Positions 27,251-39,400 of a stretch of DNA of 64,000 nucleotides are shown piece after piece. A model generated the notes under the pieces. It saw only the letters and a program-made list of their open reading frames with translations, was not told where the DNA came from and made no database searches. This DNA comes from Podarcis liolepis (Eukaryota), in assembly GCA_965112155.1 (NCBI GenBank), contig OZ218112.1; one strand, given 5' to 3'. The translations under genes were made by a program, and so were the position numbers. Each line of letters starts with the position of its first letter. The first letter of the stretch is position 1.

Positions 27251-29084
27251 AACATCATCTCTACGGGAAAGCCTGGATAATGGACAATACAAAGTTTTAG
27301 AAGACAAAGGGTAGTCATTAACATCCTGTGTTTCCTATGCACCTCTCTTAATTCCTACAGGTAGTTGTAAGCCACAGGGCAGGTGATACTGCACTAGTTA
27401 TTAGCACCGTTTTCCAATTTATTTATTTTTTAATGCTGATGGAAAACTCTGCATATTACATGTGCATGATGAACACATGCAAAACCCACGCACTTGAAAA
27501 TACACCTGCAACGACTGGGATATTTGCAGGGCGCTTTCAATATACCTTTATCGTGGGTAAATTCTTAAGCAATCTGATACAAGTCAAGTGCAGTACAAAG
27601 GTTTTTTGCACAATTACCATAAATAAGCAAACTTTCCCTTGTTAAATATGTATCCAGAATGCACTGGGAGCATGCCAGTTCTTGCAGGGGTGTATGTGCA
27701 TGAATGCAGGCATGTGCATGAATGAAGAGTTGCCTTTCAGTATTAATACTCTGTCCTGAGCCAGGCTTGCAAATGGTTGCTAGCCTTGGCTGCCTCCAGC
27801 TTTATGAAAGCAGGGGTTCACCACCACTACCCCAACCCATTTATACCAGAAGTAAAAAAGCACTGCAATCCAATACATGTCCGCTCAAAATAAAGTCCAA
27901 CTGAGTTCAGTGGGAGCAGCCTTTCAGGTGTAGCACACACGCACACACACAGAGAGAAGTATGGCAGACCGGTTGCTAAAAATGTTTCATTGGCTAGCAA
28001 GCACTGCGCACTTGCAAAGACACTCTAATCCCTGTGGTGTTTGTTGTAGCTGCCATTGAATAAATGCTTCCCAGTATTCGGATGCTGGAGCTGCTGAAGA
28101 TATAAAGCTCTCGTTACTCAACTCTGCTTATAAAAGAAGCCAAAAGATAAACCATGATATCCTCTTCCTGTGCTATATTAGCAGCTGCGCATTGTCCGGC
28201 CAGCTATAATGACCTTTCAGTCTCATGCATTTGTGAACTGGAGCCTGGGATAAAGATATTGGCAGTAACTTGAGCATAGGTGTGAAATGCCTGCAGAATT
28301 CAACTCATGGCAGCCTCTTTCCTGGGTCTAGTGAAATGAAGGCAGGGAGGGAAAGTTCTGTGGTCCTCCGGATGTTACTGGACTCCCAACTCCCATCAGG
28401 GGTGAGGGGTGCTGCTTTTATTTTATTTTATTAATTTAAAAAATTGGTATACACTTGTGTCATTAAAAAAAAAAATCAAAGCAGTTTACAGAAATACAAA
28501 CAAAACCTTGCCAAAAAAAAGTTTAAAAAGTTAAAAGCAGGTCAAAATAGTTTAGCAACGACCGCAGGACCACAGGTTACCTGAGCTAGGAAAGGACGAT
28601 GCGAGATCTTCTTGCTATTAAACGGCTTCATCTCATTCCTGCAGCTCAAGCGGCTGAAAAATGCACAGGCCCATCAGAATTTTTCTTTTTCTGTTCAGCT
28701 GGCAACCCTAAAATAATAACAAAGGCTTCTCCAAGGAGATGTTGACCACTCCCGGTCTATCATTTTAGAACTGTCCTTGACACAATTGGTTTGTGTATTC
28801 CTTGACCGACCACACTTATCTCTTTTTGTACTGACTTCCTTGGGAATTGCCTTGCATTATAGAAATAAATGTTTCCCAAATCTCTGGTACCTGCCCACCC
28901 CACCAAATTGAAAGATATAATTCATTCTTAACACCAGAAGAGGTCTTGATCAGATGCCCAGGACTGGAGAACAAACCAATGGGCAACAATTGATACCTAC
29001 TAGTCATGATGGTTGCATAATACTCTCCAGTGTCAGAGGCAATCTGCCACTAAATCAGAGTTGCTGTGACCGAGTTACTGTGAC

Positions 29085-29695
29085 TTTGCTTGAGGGCTTC
29101 TTGCATTATTGTGACCATTAGCAGAGTCCATACCCAGAAAACAAAATTGACTGGCCGGCCAAACCAGGTGAGGGGGACCTGATGGGTCCCTTAGTGAGTT
29201 AGGGACTCTCCCTGTGTGTGAAGACGGGCTCCAGAATATTAAACGGATGGGACTAATAGTGGGTCCAACGGTCAAGGTTTCTGCTCATGATGTGGAGGGA
29301 GGTGAGGGGCAGATGTGGCTTGCCAATCTGGGAAGGTAGCCCATCCTAAATCTTCTTCTTTTGAAGATGCCTTGTGGGATATCTTCAAAAGAAGGAAAGG
29401 CTAAGGAGTAAACCTTACACAAATCCAGAGTGGAATCCCTAAGACAGTTGGATGGTGTCTTGTATGCCTCCTTCTCGCAAGTCCTGCAGCCAAGTTGATG
29501 CCAAATGTCTTGCTCTTCTTTTCTTTGGACCACATCAGCAAGGCCGAGAAGCGGGTCTTGTCCTGGGCAGGCCAGGACCCCTCTTCACACTGCCCAGGCT
29601 TGTGCCCCAGGGAAGTCACTTTGGTGCTGCTAATGCAGCAGTTTGGCTTCACCCTGGAGGCAAACTCCACTGTCTCTCGACAGATGGATGCCAGA
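29085..29695 (+). mobile_element. Non-autonomous RTE-like retroelement (no ORF)
   Basis: Homologous in reverse orientation to 32322-32775 and 40345-40495. The 3' end ...ctccactgtctctcgacagatggatgcca resembles RTE-1 3' UTRs. Family name is from recall only. Confidence 0.6.
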
Positions 29696-30084
29696 GATCT
29701 AGCAGAGTTCACCTTCCCCCTTTTAGAGTGTGTTCAGCTCAAAGGAGCCCACTTTCTGTGCTCCTTGAATGAGTGGCTTGCAAATACAAGCCATCCTTCT
29801 CTACACCAGGAGAACATGTTAGCAGAGAAACCCTAACCATATCTACTCAGAAATAAATCCTACTAAGTTCAATAGTGTTTTCTCCTATCTTAGAGGAGGT
29901 GGGATTGCAGCCAAAGAAACCTAAGAACAGAAGAAGAACCCTGGTGGGTCAGGGCAAGGGGTCCCATTCAGTCCAGCATCCTGTTCTCACAGTGGTCAGC
30001 CAGATGCAATGAGGACAGAATGCAAACAGGTAGTAGAATCGGACCTCAGTGGAGGCCGACTGAGAGCAAGGAAGGTCTAAAAGC

Positions 30085-30440
30085 TAAAAGTAAAGGACCA
30101 CTGGATGGTTAAGTCCAGTCAAAGGCGACTATGGGGTTGCGCCGCTCATCTCAATTGCAGGCCAAGGGAGTCGGCTTTTGTCCACAGACAGTTTTCTGGG
30201 GCATGTGGCCAGCATGACTAACCGCTACTGGCACACGAAGGACCGTGACGAGTGCCAGAGGGCATGGAAACGCTGTTTACCTTCCCACCACAGTGGTACC
30301 TATTTATCTACTTGCACTGGCATGCTTTCGAACTGCTAGGTTGGTAGGAGCTGGGACAGAGCAACAGGAGATCACCCCGTCGTGGGGATTCGAACCCCCA
30401 ATCAGCAAGTCCAAGAGGCTCAGTGGTTTAGACCACAGCA
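30085..30440 (-). mobile_element. Sauria SINE, divergent subfamily copy
   Basis: Shares the core catgtggccagcatgact...ggtacctatttatctacttgcact...cgaactgctaggttgg with the other copies. Confidence 0.85.
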
Positions 30441-32321
30441 GTAGTGGACAAAGTGTATTTATACAGAGCAATCTCTGGGCAACCTACAATCAGTTTAAAC
30501 CAAAACCAAACACACACACATTGTTAAAGACAATGGCTATAAAGAACTAACAATAAATTAACCACCAGCCAGCACAGAACTTATCAACAGAAACCATCAG
30601 TGTAAAACAATTAGCAAATCAGCAGCAATAGCAAACATCAAGATACAATAAAGAAAAAGGAAATGAGCAACATTTACAGTTGTTTTTTATTTATTCAGAC
30701 AAAACGGTGGCAATGTTTTTAATCACTCAGTTCTGCTGATAAATAATAACTGGTTTTGATAAGGAAGGAAATGTTTTTGGTTTAATTTTAAATGCATTTT
30801 TAAAAAAGTTTTAAAATGTGTTAATGGCTTGTAACATAACATTTTGAAACAAAACAAAAAACAAAAGACCTGCCCCTTTTGGCTCCTATGAAACAATCCT
30901 CTAAGCAGTTTGATTATAAATTTGTTTGCACCTTGGCTATACAAACTTAAGTCATAAGTCCTCAAAGCGGAAAGTGGAGAAATTTTGGACCTATGCTATG
31001 TTTTTTAAAAATGTAAATGTGCTGCTGCATTTTACTGTAATTGAACGAGTTTATAGCCAGGAAACACAGCTATATTTGAAATGCATTGTTAAGACCAAAA
31101 TACAGGCTGCAATCCAACTCACACTTACCTGGGAGTAAGCCACATCGAAAAAACTGGGACTTATCCCCAAGTAAACTTGCATAGCTTGCTCAGATAACGA
31201 GTGGTTTCATTGCAATTTCAGGAGAAACTGGAGTAGATTGTGACATCACTGCTCTTGGGAGTTTTTGGCAGTTCAGTTCTATGCACATCAGCTCAGAAGT
31301 CACCCCCATTGAGTTCAACAGAACTTAACTGCCAGGTAAGGGTCTACACAGGATGCCAAACTGAAATCACACAAAGCCAAAAAATGTAATCGAGGTTCAA
31401 AAATTCTTATTTTGATCTTTCACTTTCAATCTTTTCAGCTTTGATCAGGAGAAGTTGCTCTTATTTGTTGGGGGGCACTGCAGGCCAGTGCAGGATGAGA
31501 CCATGGGAAGTAGCAGCACATGAGGAGAGTGGAGAGGGGCACAATGCATGAACCAAAACACCTTTGAACTGGCACAAGACAGTCTGGGAAAACTTTGCAA
31601 CCTGAGCAGAACGCAACCTGCGTCTGTGTCTGCGTATGCACGGGTCGTGATTCGCCACTTCTGCGCATGACGTCATTTTGAGCATCTGCGAATGCGGCGA
31701 AACCCGGAAGTAACCTGTTCCATTACTTCTGGGTCGCCACAGGATGCAACCTGAAAAAGCTCAACCTGAAGCGTCTTTAACCCAAGTGACTGTACTAGAA
31801 CAGACAATGGCCTAACCCAGTAGAAAGCAGCTTCCTGTCTCACTTTTCTCCTTCTGCTTGCTGCCTTCACACCCTGAAAAGCAAATGTTTCCCCAGGAGA
31901 AAGATAAGGAAAACGCTCCAACATAATTATACAAAACCCAAGGAAGGCCACTGGTTTAAAGAATGTGGAGACATTTGGTGACTGCCATTCTATTTTATTT
32001 GACTTCTCTTTTTCAAATTCCTACCTCATGCGCTGACTTGAGGGAAGGTTGACAAAAGAGAAACCGGCTTGAGGCTTGTTAAAGATCCAGTTTAGGGTGG
32101 AACTGGAATGTGAGCATTAAAAATGCTCTAAAAAGCATGAACTTAGTAGGTTGCCAAGTACACAAGCTGGCCCTAGTGCTTCTGCTGATTGGGATTGCCC
32201 ACTTACGAAAAGCATGTTTTAAAATTCAAAAGGCAATTTAACTATGAGGTCCCACTGGGACAAAGCGAGAATTTACTTCTGAGTAAGCACGTAGAAGATT
32301 GCGCTGGAAATGCTCTTTCAA

Positions 32322-32775
32322 GAGTTGTTGCTGTTGGCATTCATCTGTCTCAAAAGACATTGGAGTGTGCCTTAGGGGGTGAAGTCAAAGTAAATGACCT
32401 CCCTGGGGCTCAAGCCTCGGCAGTGTGGTCATGGAGTGCATGGAGGTCCTGGGTTGTCCAGGTTGCCTCTCGGCTCACTGATGTGGTCCAAAGTAAAACA
32501 GAGCAATATGTTTAGTGCTAGCTTGGCTGCAGGAGTTGCCTGAAGGTGGCGTACAAGGTGCCATCTAACCACCTTAGGGACTCCACTTTGAATTTGTGAA
32601 GGATTTACTCCTTGGCTTTTTCCTCTCCCAAAGATAACGTGCAAGGGAGCAGAGAGTTTGGATTGGAGATTACCTTCTTCTAGATGGGCCCCATCTGCCC
32701 CTCATGTGCAGAAACTGCCCTCTTGACCGTTGGACTCACTATTGGTCTTGTCTGATCAATCTGCCAGAGCCTGGG
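32322..32775 (-). mobile_element. Non-autonomous RTE-like retroelement copy
   Basis: Reverse-complement match to 29230-29695, with an (AAC)-type tail seen as gttgttgctgttggc on the plus strand. Confidence 0.6.
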
Positions 32776-34469
32776 CTTTCCCCCCCAGAACCCAAGCATG
32801 AAAAATCTCGAACCCAACTGAAAGCTGAAATTTCACTCACAACACAACTTCAGCAGCAAAGAATAGCTTTGCTTTTAAATTGCTTTATTTAATTGGTGGC
32901 AAGTGGGTTGAGTTTCTTGTGGTAGTACAAGCAGCAGGTTAAGCACTTAAGATTTAGTTTGCCTCCCTAGCCACTGGCGCCAATGTGACTAAACACCGGC
33001 ACACGCACACACCAACAAACACAAGCCCCTAAAAGATGTACCAGACACTGAACTCGAAGCCCAAAGACAGTCTTTTTGCGATACACACATTCCAAATAAG
33101 GTCCTACTGATTCAGAGGTAGACATAGTTAAGCTGTACCCTTCTACAGTTATCCACTTGTAAAGTTCAGTGCCTTATCTGTAAGTACCACAGCTCATCTA
33201 AACAAATCAACAAGGGTGCACTCTCACACAACGCTTGTTCCTGTGTACAGACAGCTTGCACTGTGTTCAGTTGAACATGTGAGCCAGCCTGATAGCACAA
33301 AGAAAAAGCAAATCCTGATTCATGCATTACTCAGGTGTAGGGTATAGCATGAGAAAAGCCCAACTTTTTCAGGCTAGTGAGATGTTGGCATTGTGGGATG
33401 CACTGGTGATGGAACATCTGAAGTGACAGAGACATCAAAGGCTAGTTCAGGGGGCACATTCTGCTCCTGGTCAGATACATCCTATGAACCCATGACCTCT
33501 TCCCCTGAGGATGGGGAGTCAGAGCCATGGATGGAGAGCAAGGTCCTTCCCAAGAGGAAGCCCCTCCTCTGCATCTCCCCCCCCCCCAAAAGTCTGACGT
33601 CATGAGGACCAGAAGCTTGAAACTGCTGACAAAAGAGCTCTCACAAGAAGGACAACATAGTAGTAGTGATGCAGAAAGGTATTTTTATGCTGATGGAAGG
33701 AAGATATTTTACGTCAATGGAAGTATGTTGAAAGATGAAATCGTAACGGCTGGGTTGATGACAGGGAGAAATAGGAAACATTCTGATCTCTTGTCTCTTG
33801 GTCTTACTGGTAGGACAGAGGAAGGAAAACTCTTTTCAGCGCCTCTCTATCTGGCAAAAATAAGGAAATCAAAAACAAAACAAAACCACGTGACATGTTT
33901 TCACAAAAGGCCAATGGAAATAAAGATGGGACAGAAATAGGAGCACTTTTTCCAAGTGGGCATCTCTCAAGAGTGCAGAGAGCAAAAGCCACTAAGACTT
34001 TGCTGGGGTCCTCAAGGGTGTCTCTTTGCAGGTTTCAGTGTGCGTTGCTTCTTTTTTTAGCAAAGCCACCAAGCTACAGGAACCGATGAGCATGTCGCCA
34101 AGCCCTTCCTTTGGGGCCAGAGTAAACTCCAACGAGCCTTTATCGCTTGCTGCTGGAATAAGTGCAAAATATAGCCTTCCAAAATTCCATTGGCTTAACA
34201 TGTTCATAAAAACACACCACCACACTTAAGGCAGAATGTAAACCTTCCTCCCAGGGTCTCACTCGATAAAAGTCAGCTCCATCCCTCTAAGACCAAATAT
34301 GTAAGCCTCAATTTGATCACACACCTCACTTTCAAGGAGCCTGATATTTGTGGGTCATCTTCATCCCATTTTGTGCTTTCAACAAGCTTGTGAGGTAGGT
34401 TGGCTGAGGAAAAAGCAACTCAAGTAGTGACCTCTGGAGCCAAGCATGGATTTGGACCAAAGTTTCCTA

Positions 34470-35264
34470 TGAATCATAGAGCTGTAGAGCTGAAAGGGTC
34501 CCCCATGGTCATCCAGTCCACCCCCTGCAATGCAGGAGTCTCAACTAAATCAAAGATGGCGGATGGCCATCCAACCTCCGCTTAAGGCTGATGCAAGTTG
34601 CAGTTCAAAACATCTGGAGGGCACCAGCTTGGCAGAGGCTGCTTTCATGGCTCTCTCCTTCCTAACCAGACTTACTCTGGACAAAGTCATTCCAGTTCAA
34701 ATCTTGTCTATGGCCTGAACTCATCTGAAATGAGCAAGAGGCCAGTGTTACCAACCTCGTTTGCCAGGTTATTTTATGCATTACAAGAAATAGCATACGT
34801 CAGGTTCACCGAAACACACTGCAGTGCCCCGGAGTACAATTCCAGTACTTCAAGTCAAAAGCAGCTAATTGGATATTTTTTGAGAAATCTCATAATTCAC
34901 CCGGACAACCAATTGTTATGAAGAAAGAGGATCAAAGCAGTGGTCATTCTGTTGATCCAACTGTTCCCTGTGCAAATAGTTAAATAGCTTTCCCAACAGG
35001 TTTCACAATACATTTAGGTACATTTCAAGGCAAACGAAAGTTTCCACTCTTTGACCCAGGAAAAAAACCAGTTTCATTGTTCCCACTTTATAGGCAACGC
35101 ACGCTAAAGCAGAACTGCCCATATCTGCTAGCTTAAAATCCTGAAGTTGGGAGAGATAAAGAATTTACCAGGTTCAAGGAGATGCTATTAGTATATAAAC
35201 CCCTTAAAAACTTGGGACCAGTTTACCTACGAAATCACCTTCCGCCACATGTGCTCACTTGACC
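34470..35264 (+). repeat. Intronic direct duplication, copy B
   Basis: Near-identical to 17033-17798. Confidence 0.95.
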
Positions 35265-35760
35265 CCTTTGACTGGCAGATTTGGCAATATTGCAGATACC
35301 AGATAATACCCATTCCACATTTGTAAGAATCGATTAGTGTGGCAGAGCCTATAACTTTGGAAATCCCTGGCTATTGAGATGAAGTTTTCACTGTACTCTC
35401 TTCAGTTCCTGCTAAAAATAATTTATTTTTTCTTTAGGCAAGCCTACCAAGATGCTTAGAAAGTTGAAATAATTTTAATCTGTTTTAATATTTTAACTTG
35501 TGTATGCTTTGAAGTACGGTCGTGAATTCTTATTGATTTTACAATTTTATATTTTGTAAGCCGCTTTGCAGTTTTTACCATTAAGTGGTGCATAGGTTCT
35601 ATTATATAAATAAATTAGCTGCAAACCAAAGGGTATTTCCCACATTAATAAGTAAGCATCACTGAGTTTGATGTGGCTCAGTTCTCAGATGTTCAGGATC
35701 ATACCTATCATAAAATCACAGAACTGTAGAGTTGGAAGGTACCCCAAAAGTCACCTAGAC

Positions 35761-35966
35761 CAGAGTTTTCCAAACAGTGTGTGGCAACACATTAGTGTGT
35801 CAGCTGCAGTGTGTAGGTGTGTTGTGCAAATGCTCCCTGTGCTCCTCCCAGGGCTGCAAAGGGGTTACTTTAACCTCCGTTTTCCTAGTAAAACTGAATG
35901 ACTATGTCACGAAATGATGCATGTCTGAAAAGTGTGTCACCAACAGGAAAAGTTTGGAAAGCTCTG
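35761..35966. mobile_element. hAT MITE (sister of 10311-10515, opposite orientation)
   Basis: Same TIRs, reverse-complement interior. Confidence 0.8.
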
Positions 35967-36154
35967 ATCTAGATAGTAACACCGTTATAACTTTTAGTAC
36001 AATCAAGGGAACTTGTACTTTCCACCCTGAAAATGCCAAGTGTGTTCATGCATCTAGTCCTCACAGATATTCAGGCAGCGCATGAACAATTAGCTATGCT
36101 GCCCACATGATCCCTATTCATGTTCTTCCAATGATAACCTCCTGCCTATTATAG

Positions 36155-36499
36155 TTAAAGGTAAAGGGACCCCTGACCATTAGGTCCAGTCGTGGCTGAC
36201 TTTGGGGTTGCAGCGCTCATCTCGCTTTATTGGCCAAGGGAACCGGCGTACCGGGTCATGTGGCCAGCATGATTAAGCCACTTCTGGCGAACCAGAGCAG
36301 CGCACGGAAACGCCATTTACCTTCTCACCGTAGCAGTACCTATTTATCTACTTGCACTGGTGTGCTTTCAAACTGTAAGGTGGGCAGGAGCTGGGACTGA
36401 GCAACGGGAGCTCACCCTGTCATAGGTATTCGAACCGCCGACCTTCTGATCGGCAAGTCCTAGGCTCTGTGGTTTAACCCACAGCGCCACCCGCGTCCC
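36155..36499 (-). mobile_element. Sauria SINE, full length
   Basis: Aligns by eye to 24490-24843. Imperfect TSD ctattatag / ctactatag. Confidence 0.9.
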
Positions 36500-39400
36500 T
36501 CTACTATAGCTAATTATCTTTTTATATATATTTCTATTTGGTTTTTGTGGAAGTATGAATTATCTTTGTGGTTGTGAAAGGAGGATTGTGCCCTAAGGTC
36601 TGGGCAACTTTGGGGAATGTTTACATTGCTACAAATGTCCCATATGCCAATCTAAACTGAGCATCTCTTCTTTCCTGTTTAATTACTTTCAAGATAAGAT
36701 TCAGTTGCAGCGAACTGGTAAAATGCCACCGACTCTCTTTCCAATTTTCAGGCTCAAGCTGCATTTGCTACAGTTAAGCATTAACATTTGCTAGCAGCAA
36801 ATTCCCTTTAACATGCTAGTCTGTGAAGATTTTAAGTGTGAATCCCAGCTGTTCACCCGTTCTTTAAAGTACGAATTAAACTCTTGGGTAGCACTCAACA
36901 AAATTAGTTACTGAAGACCCTGGGTGCTATGCTAGCTGTGTTCATGCACAAGCTCCCACAATCTTCGAGGGGTGGGCAGATAAAAATAGGGTTACAGAGA
37001 AGGATGTAAGGAAAGACTTGCGGTAATTACTCTACTATGGTGATAAAGGATCAACTCACAAGTTACGCTTTACAACAGCTGGTGTGTCCCACCACCACCA
37101 CCCACATTTCAGGGCATAGAGATAGAAGAGAGATATCTAGGTGGCCATCTAAAAGAGAAAGAAAAGTGTTAACAGGACAACATTTTTGCGGGCTTAGTTT
37201 TCGGAATTTCCTCTCCAAAAAGTCATACAGTACAAAAACCAATCAGGTAGTTGGTTACTGGCTGCAATGAAAAGTAATGCTAAATTATAGATTAGTCTAG
37301 CTCCTCCAGCCCTTCACAGGCTCAGCCATTCCCTCTCTCTTCTTGTAACACTTCTGTTTTCGATTAACCATAGTTTCAATGTGACACCTGAATCCTAATT
37401 GTGGTTAAACTTTCCTATGGTTAGCTATCAATCAACTGAATATTTACCATGGTCGGCCAATCATGAAGAACAACGTATGTTTAAAAATACGTAATCTCAA
37501 CCTCAGAAGCAAAAAGGTGACTAGAGCTAACCACTATAGTAGGTCTATAAGATACTACACATTTCAGCTTTTTGCCACCTATTTAGGAGCTGATTTGTTG
37601 GACCTCTCAGGGAAGATATTCAAAAGGGTCTCCAAAATGATGGTTCAGATCCCGGTCAATTTAGGGCATTGGGGGGGGAAAGAAATCCCTACACAAAACT
37701 TTCAAGAAAACCCACATTATGGATAGCCAAGCTGCAAGTTATCGTAAACTTTTTTTTTTTTTTAAGTGCTTAAATTGGAAACTTTCATTTTGAAGAGGAG
37801 GCAGCTGCAGGAGCAGCTGCACTTTGAAATGTGCTCCCCAACCCCTTTATGGATGGCCCCTGGCAAGAAATGGTGCAAGGCCTCCTTCCAGAACAGGAGG
37901 ATATGCATCTCAGCTTAGAGCCTTGTGGCGGCTTCCACTTCATGGGGGGGGGGGAGGAAAGGGGGGGTTAAGCACCCTGTGTTTAAAGAATGGGAAACGT
38001 CACGTCTCTCGGCCCTAACTGTACTCAAGCCTAGGACTTTGGATGGACTTGACCTGCACTAGGGGTCAATGGCTCCACAGCCCATGAAACCTGGACTGGC
38101 TTGTGCAACTTGTTTAGCAAACACTGCCCCTTCTTCACAGCAGCGTGACCGCAAATGCTCCAACTGCAGAAGTGGCACACCAGAACAAACCAGCAACAAC
38201 CACCCAAAAGTGGGCCACCCCATTATAATGGCACTCCAGGGTGGAGACCACAGCATCCACCTGGCACCAGCACCCGCCAGTCTTTCACATTAGGAAAAGG
38301 TGGAAAGTTAATAGCTTGCACCTCTTTCCAAGCGAGGGAGCGAAATGCATTGTGGATCCAATTTTCACTCTTGCACAGCCCCGGCTGACGCTAAATGGAT
38401 TCATGCCGACTCTGCGGCAACACAGCCTCCGGCCGGTTGTATTCATTCAGCGTTGATATTCAAGGTTAGCTTCAAAGAGAAGCTAAGGTGGCGGGGGGGG
38501 GGGAGGCAAAGAGGCAATGTCACTGCAGAGAGGCAACACAGCATAGGGCTCTGTTAGGCCGGGGGGGGGGATCTCATTTGTGCTACCAGGCGCCACCCTA
38601 GGCGCACATTCTTTCCAAGCTATTAGACAACGTAGCCCTGGACGCGCTAAGCGGTTCTTGTCCCAGGAGACAGAAGGGAACTGCTCACATCCAGGCTTCC
38701 AGCAGAGCTACATGGCAATCTAATCCTCCCTAATGCAACCAGACTCCTGATATTATGCCAGGATCAGATCCAGGGGTTTGACTAATCTCTGAGCATTAAG
38801 AAAGTGCTCTCCAAATGAGATCAGCTAGATAGCTCCTCTAGGTCAGAAGTGAGATTCTGTTCAACAGCTGTCAAAGACCAATACGGCATTCATTAAGCAC
38901 CGAGACAAATGGGATTCACACATTGACTGCATATGGACCAGCTTAAGGCACGGCCGATTTAATTTATAACGTGTATATTCCAGCCCTCAGTTCTGGAAGT
39001 TGAGGTTCTTTCCGAAACGTAACAATCAATGTAAAAGCTTTCGCAATGCAATCCTGTGAAAGTCTACTAAGAACCAGCTCCCACTAAGTCCATTTGAAAT
39101 CCTGCCCATTTTGGTTTCTCATTTTCCCAAGCTTACATTCGCTCAATTTTTGCAGCAAACGGTGTACTTTTCTAAAAGCATCAGCATGGAAATTCATATG
39201 CGTTTCCGTGCACCAATGCTTTGTGAATTCCTGCATGCAATTTTGCTTAATATACATCTTTGCACTAATACATGTATTTATGAGCAACTCTTTTGCTTGG
39301 AGAACCACATCACAAAATCTGGAATGCTGTGGATTGCAAAGGATTAACCATGCCTCAGTTCATTTGTCAGGCGGGGGAGTGCCAAATTAGGGAGGCCACC

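Noticed and set aside
32200-32220. ATG CTT TTC|GTAAGT micro-exon on the minus strand
   Set aside because: Only three codons and no promoter context. It shows that such ATG-plus-donor matches arise by chance.
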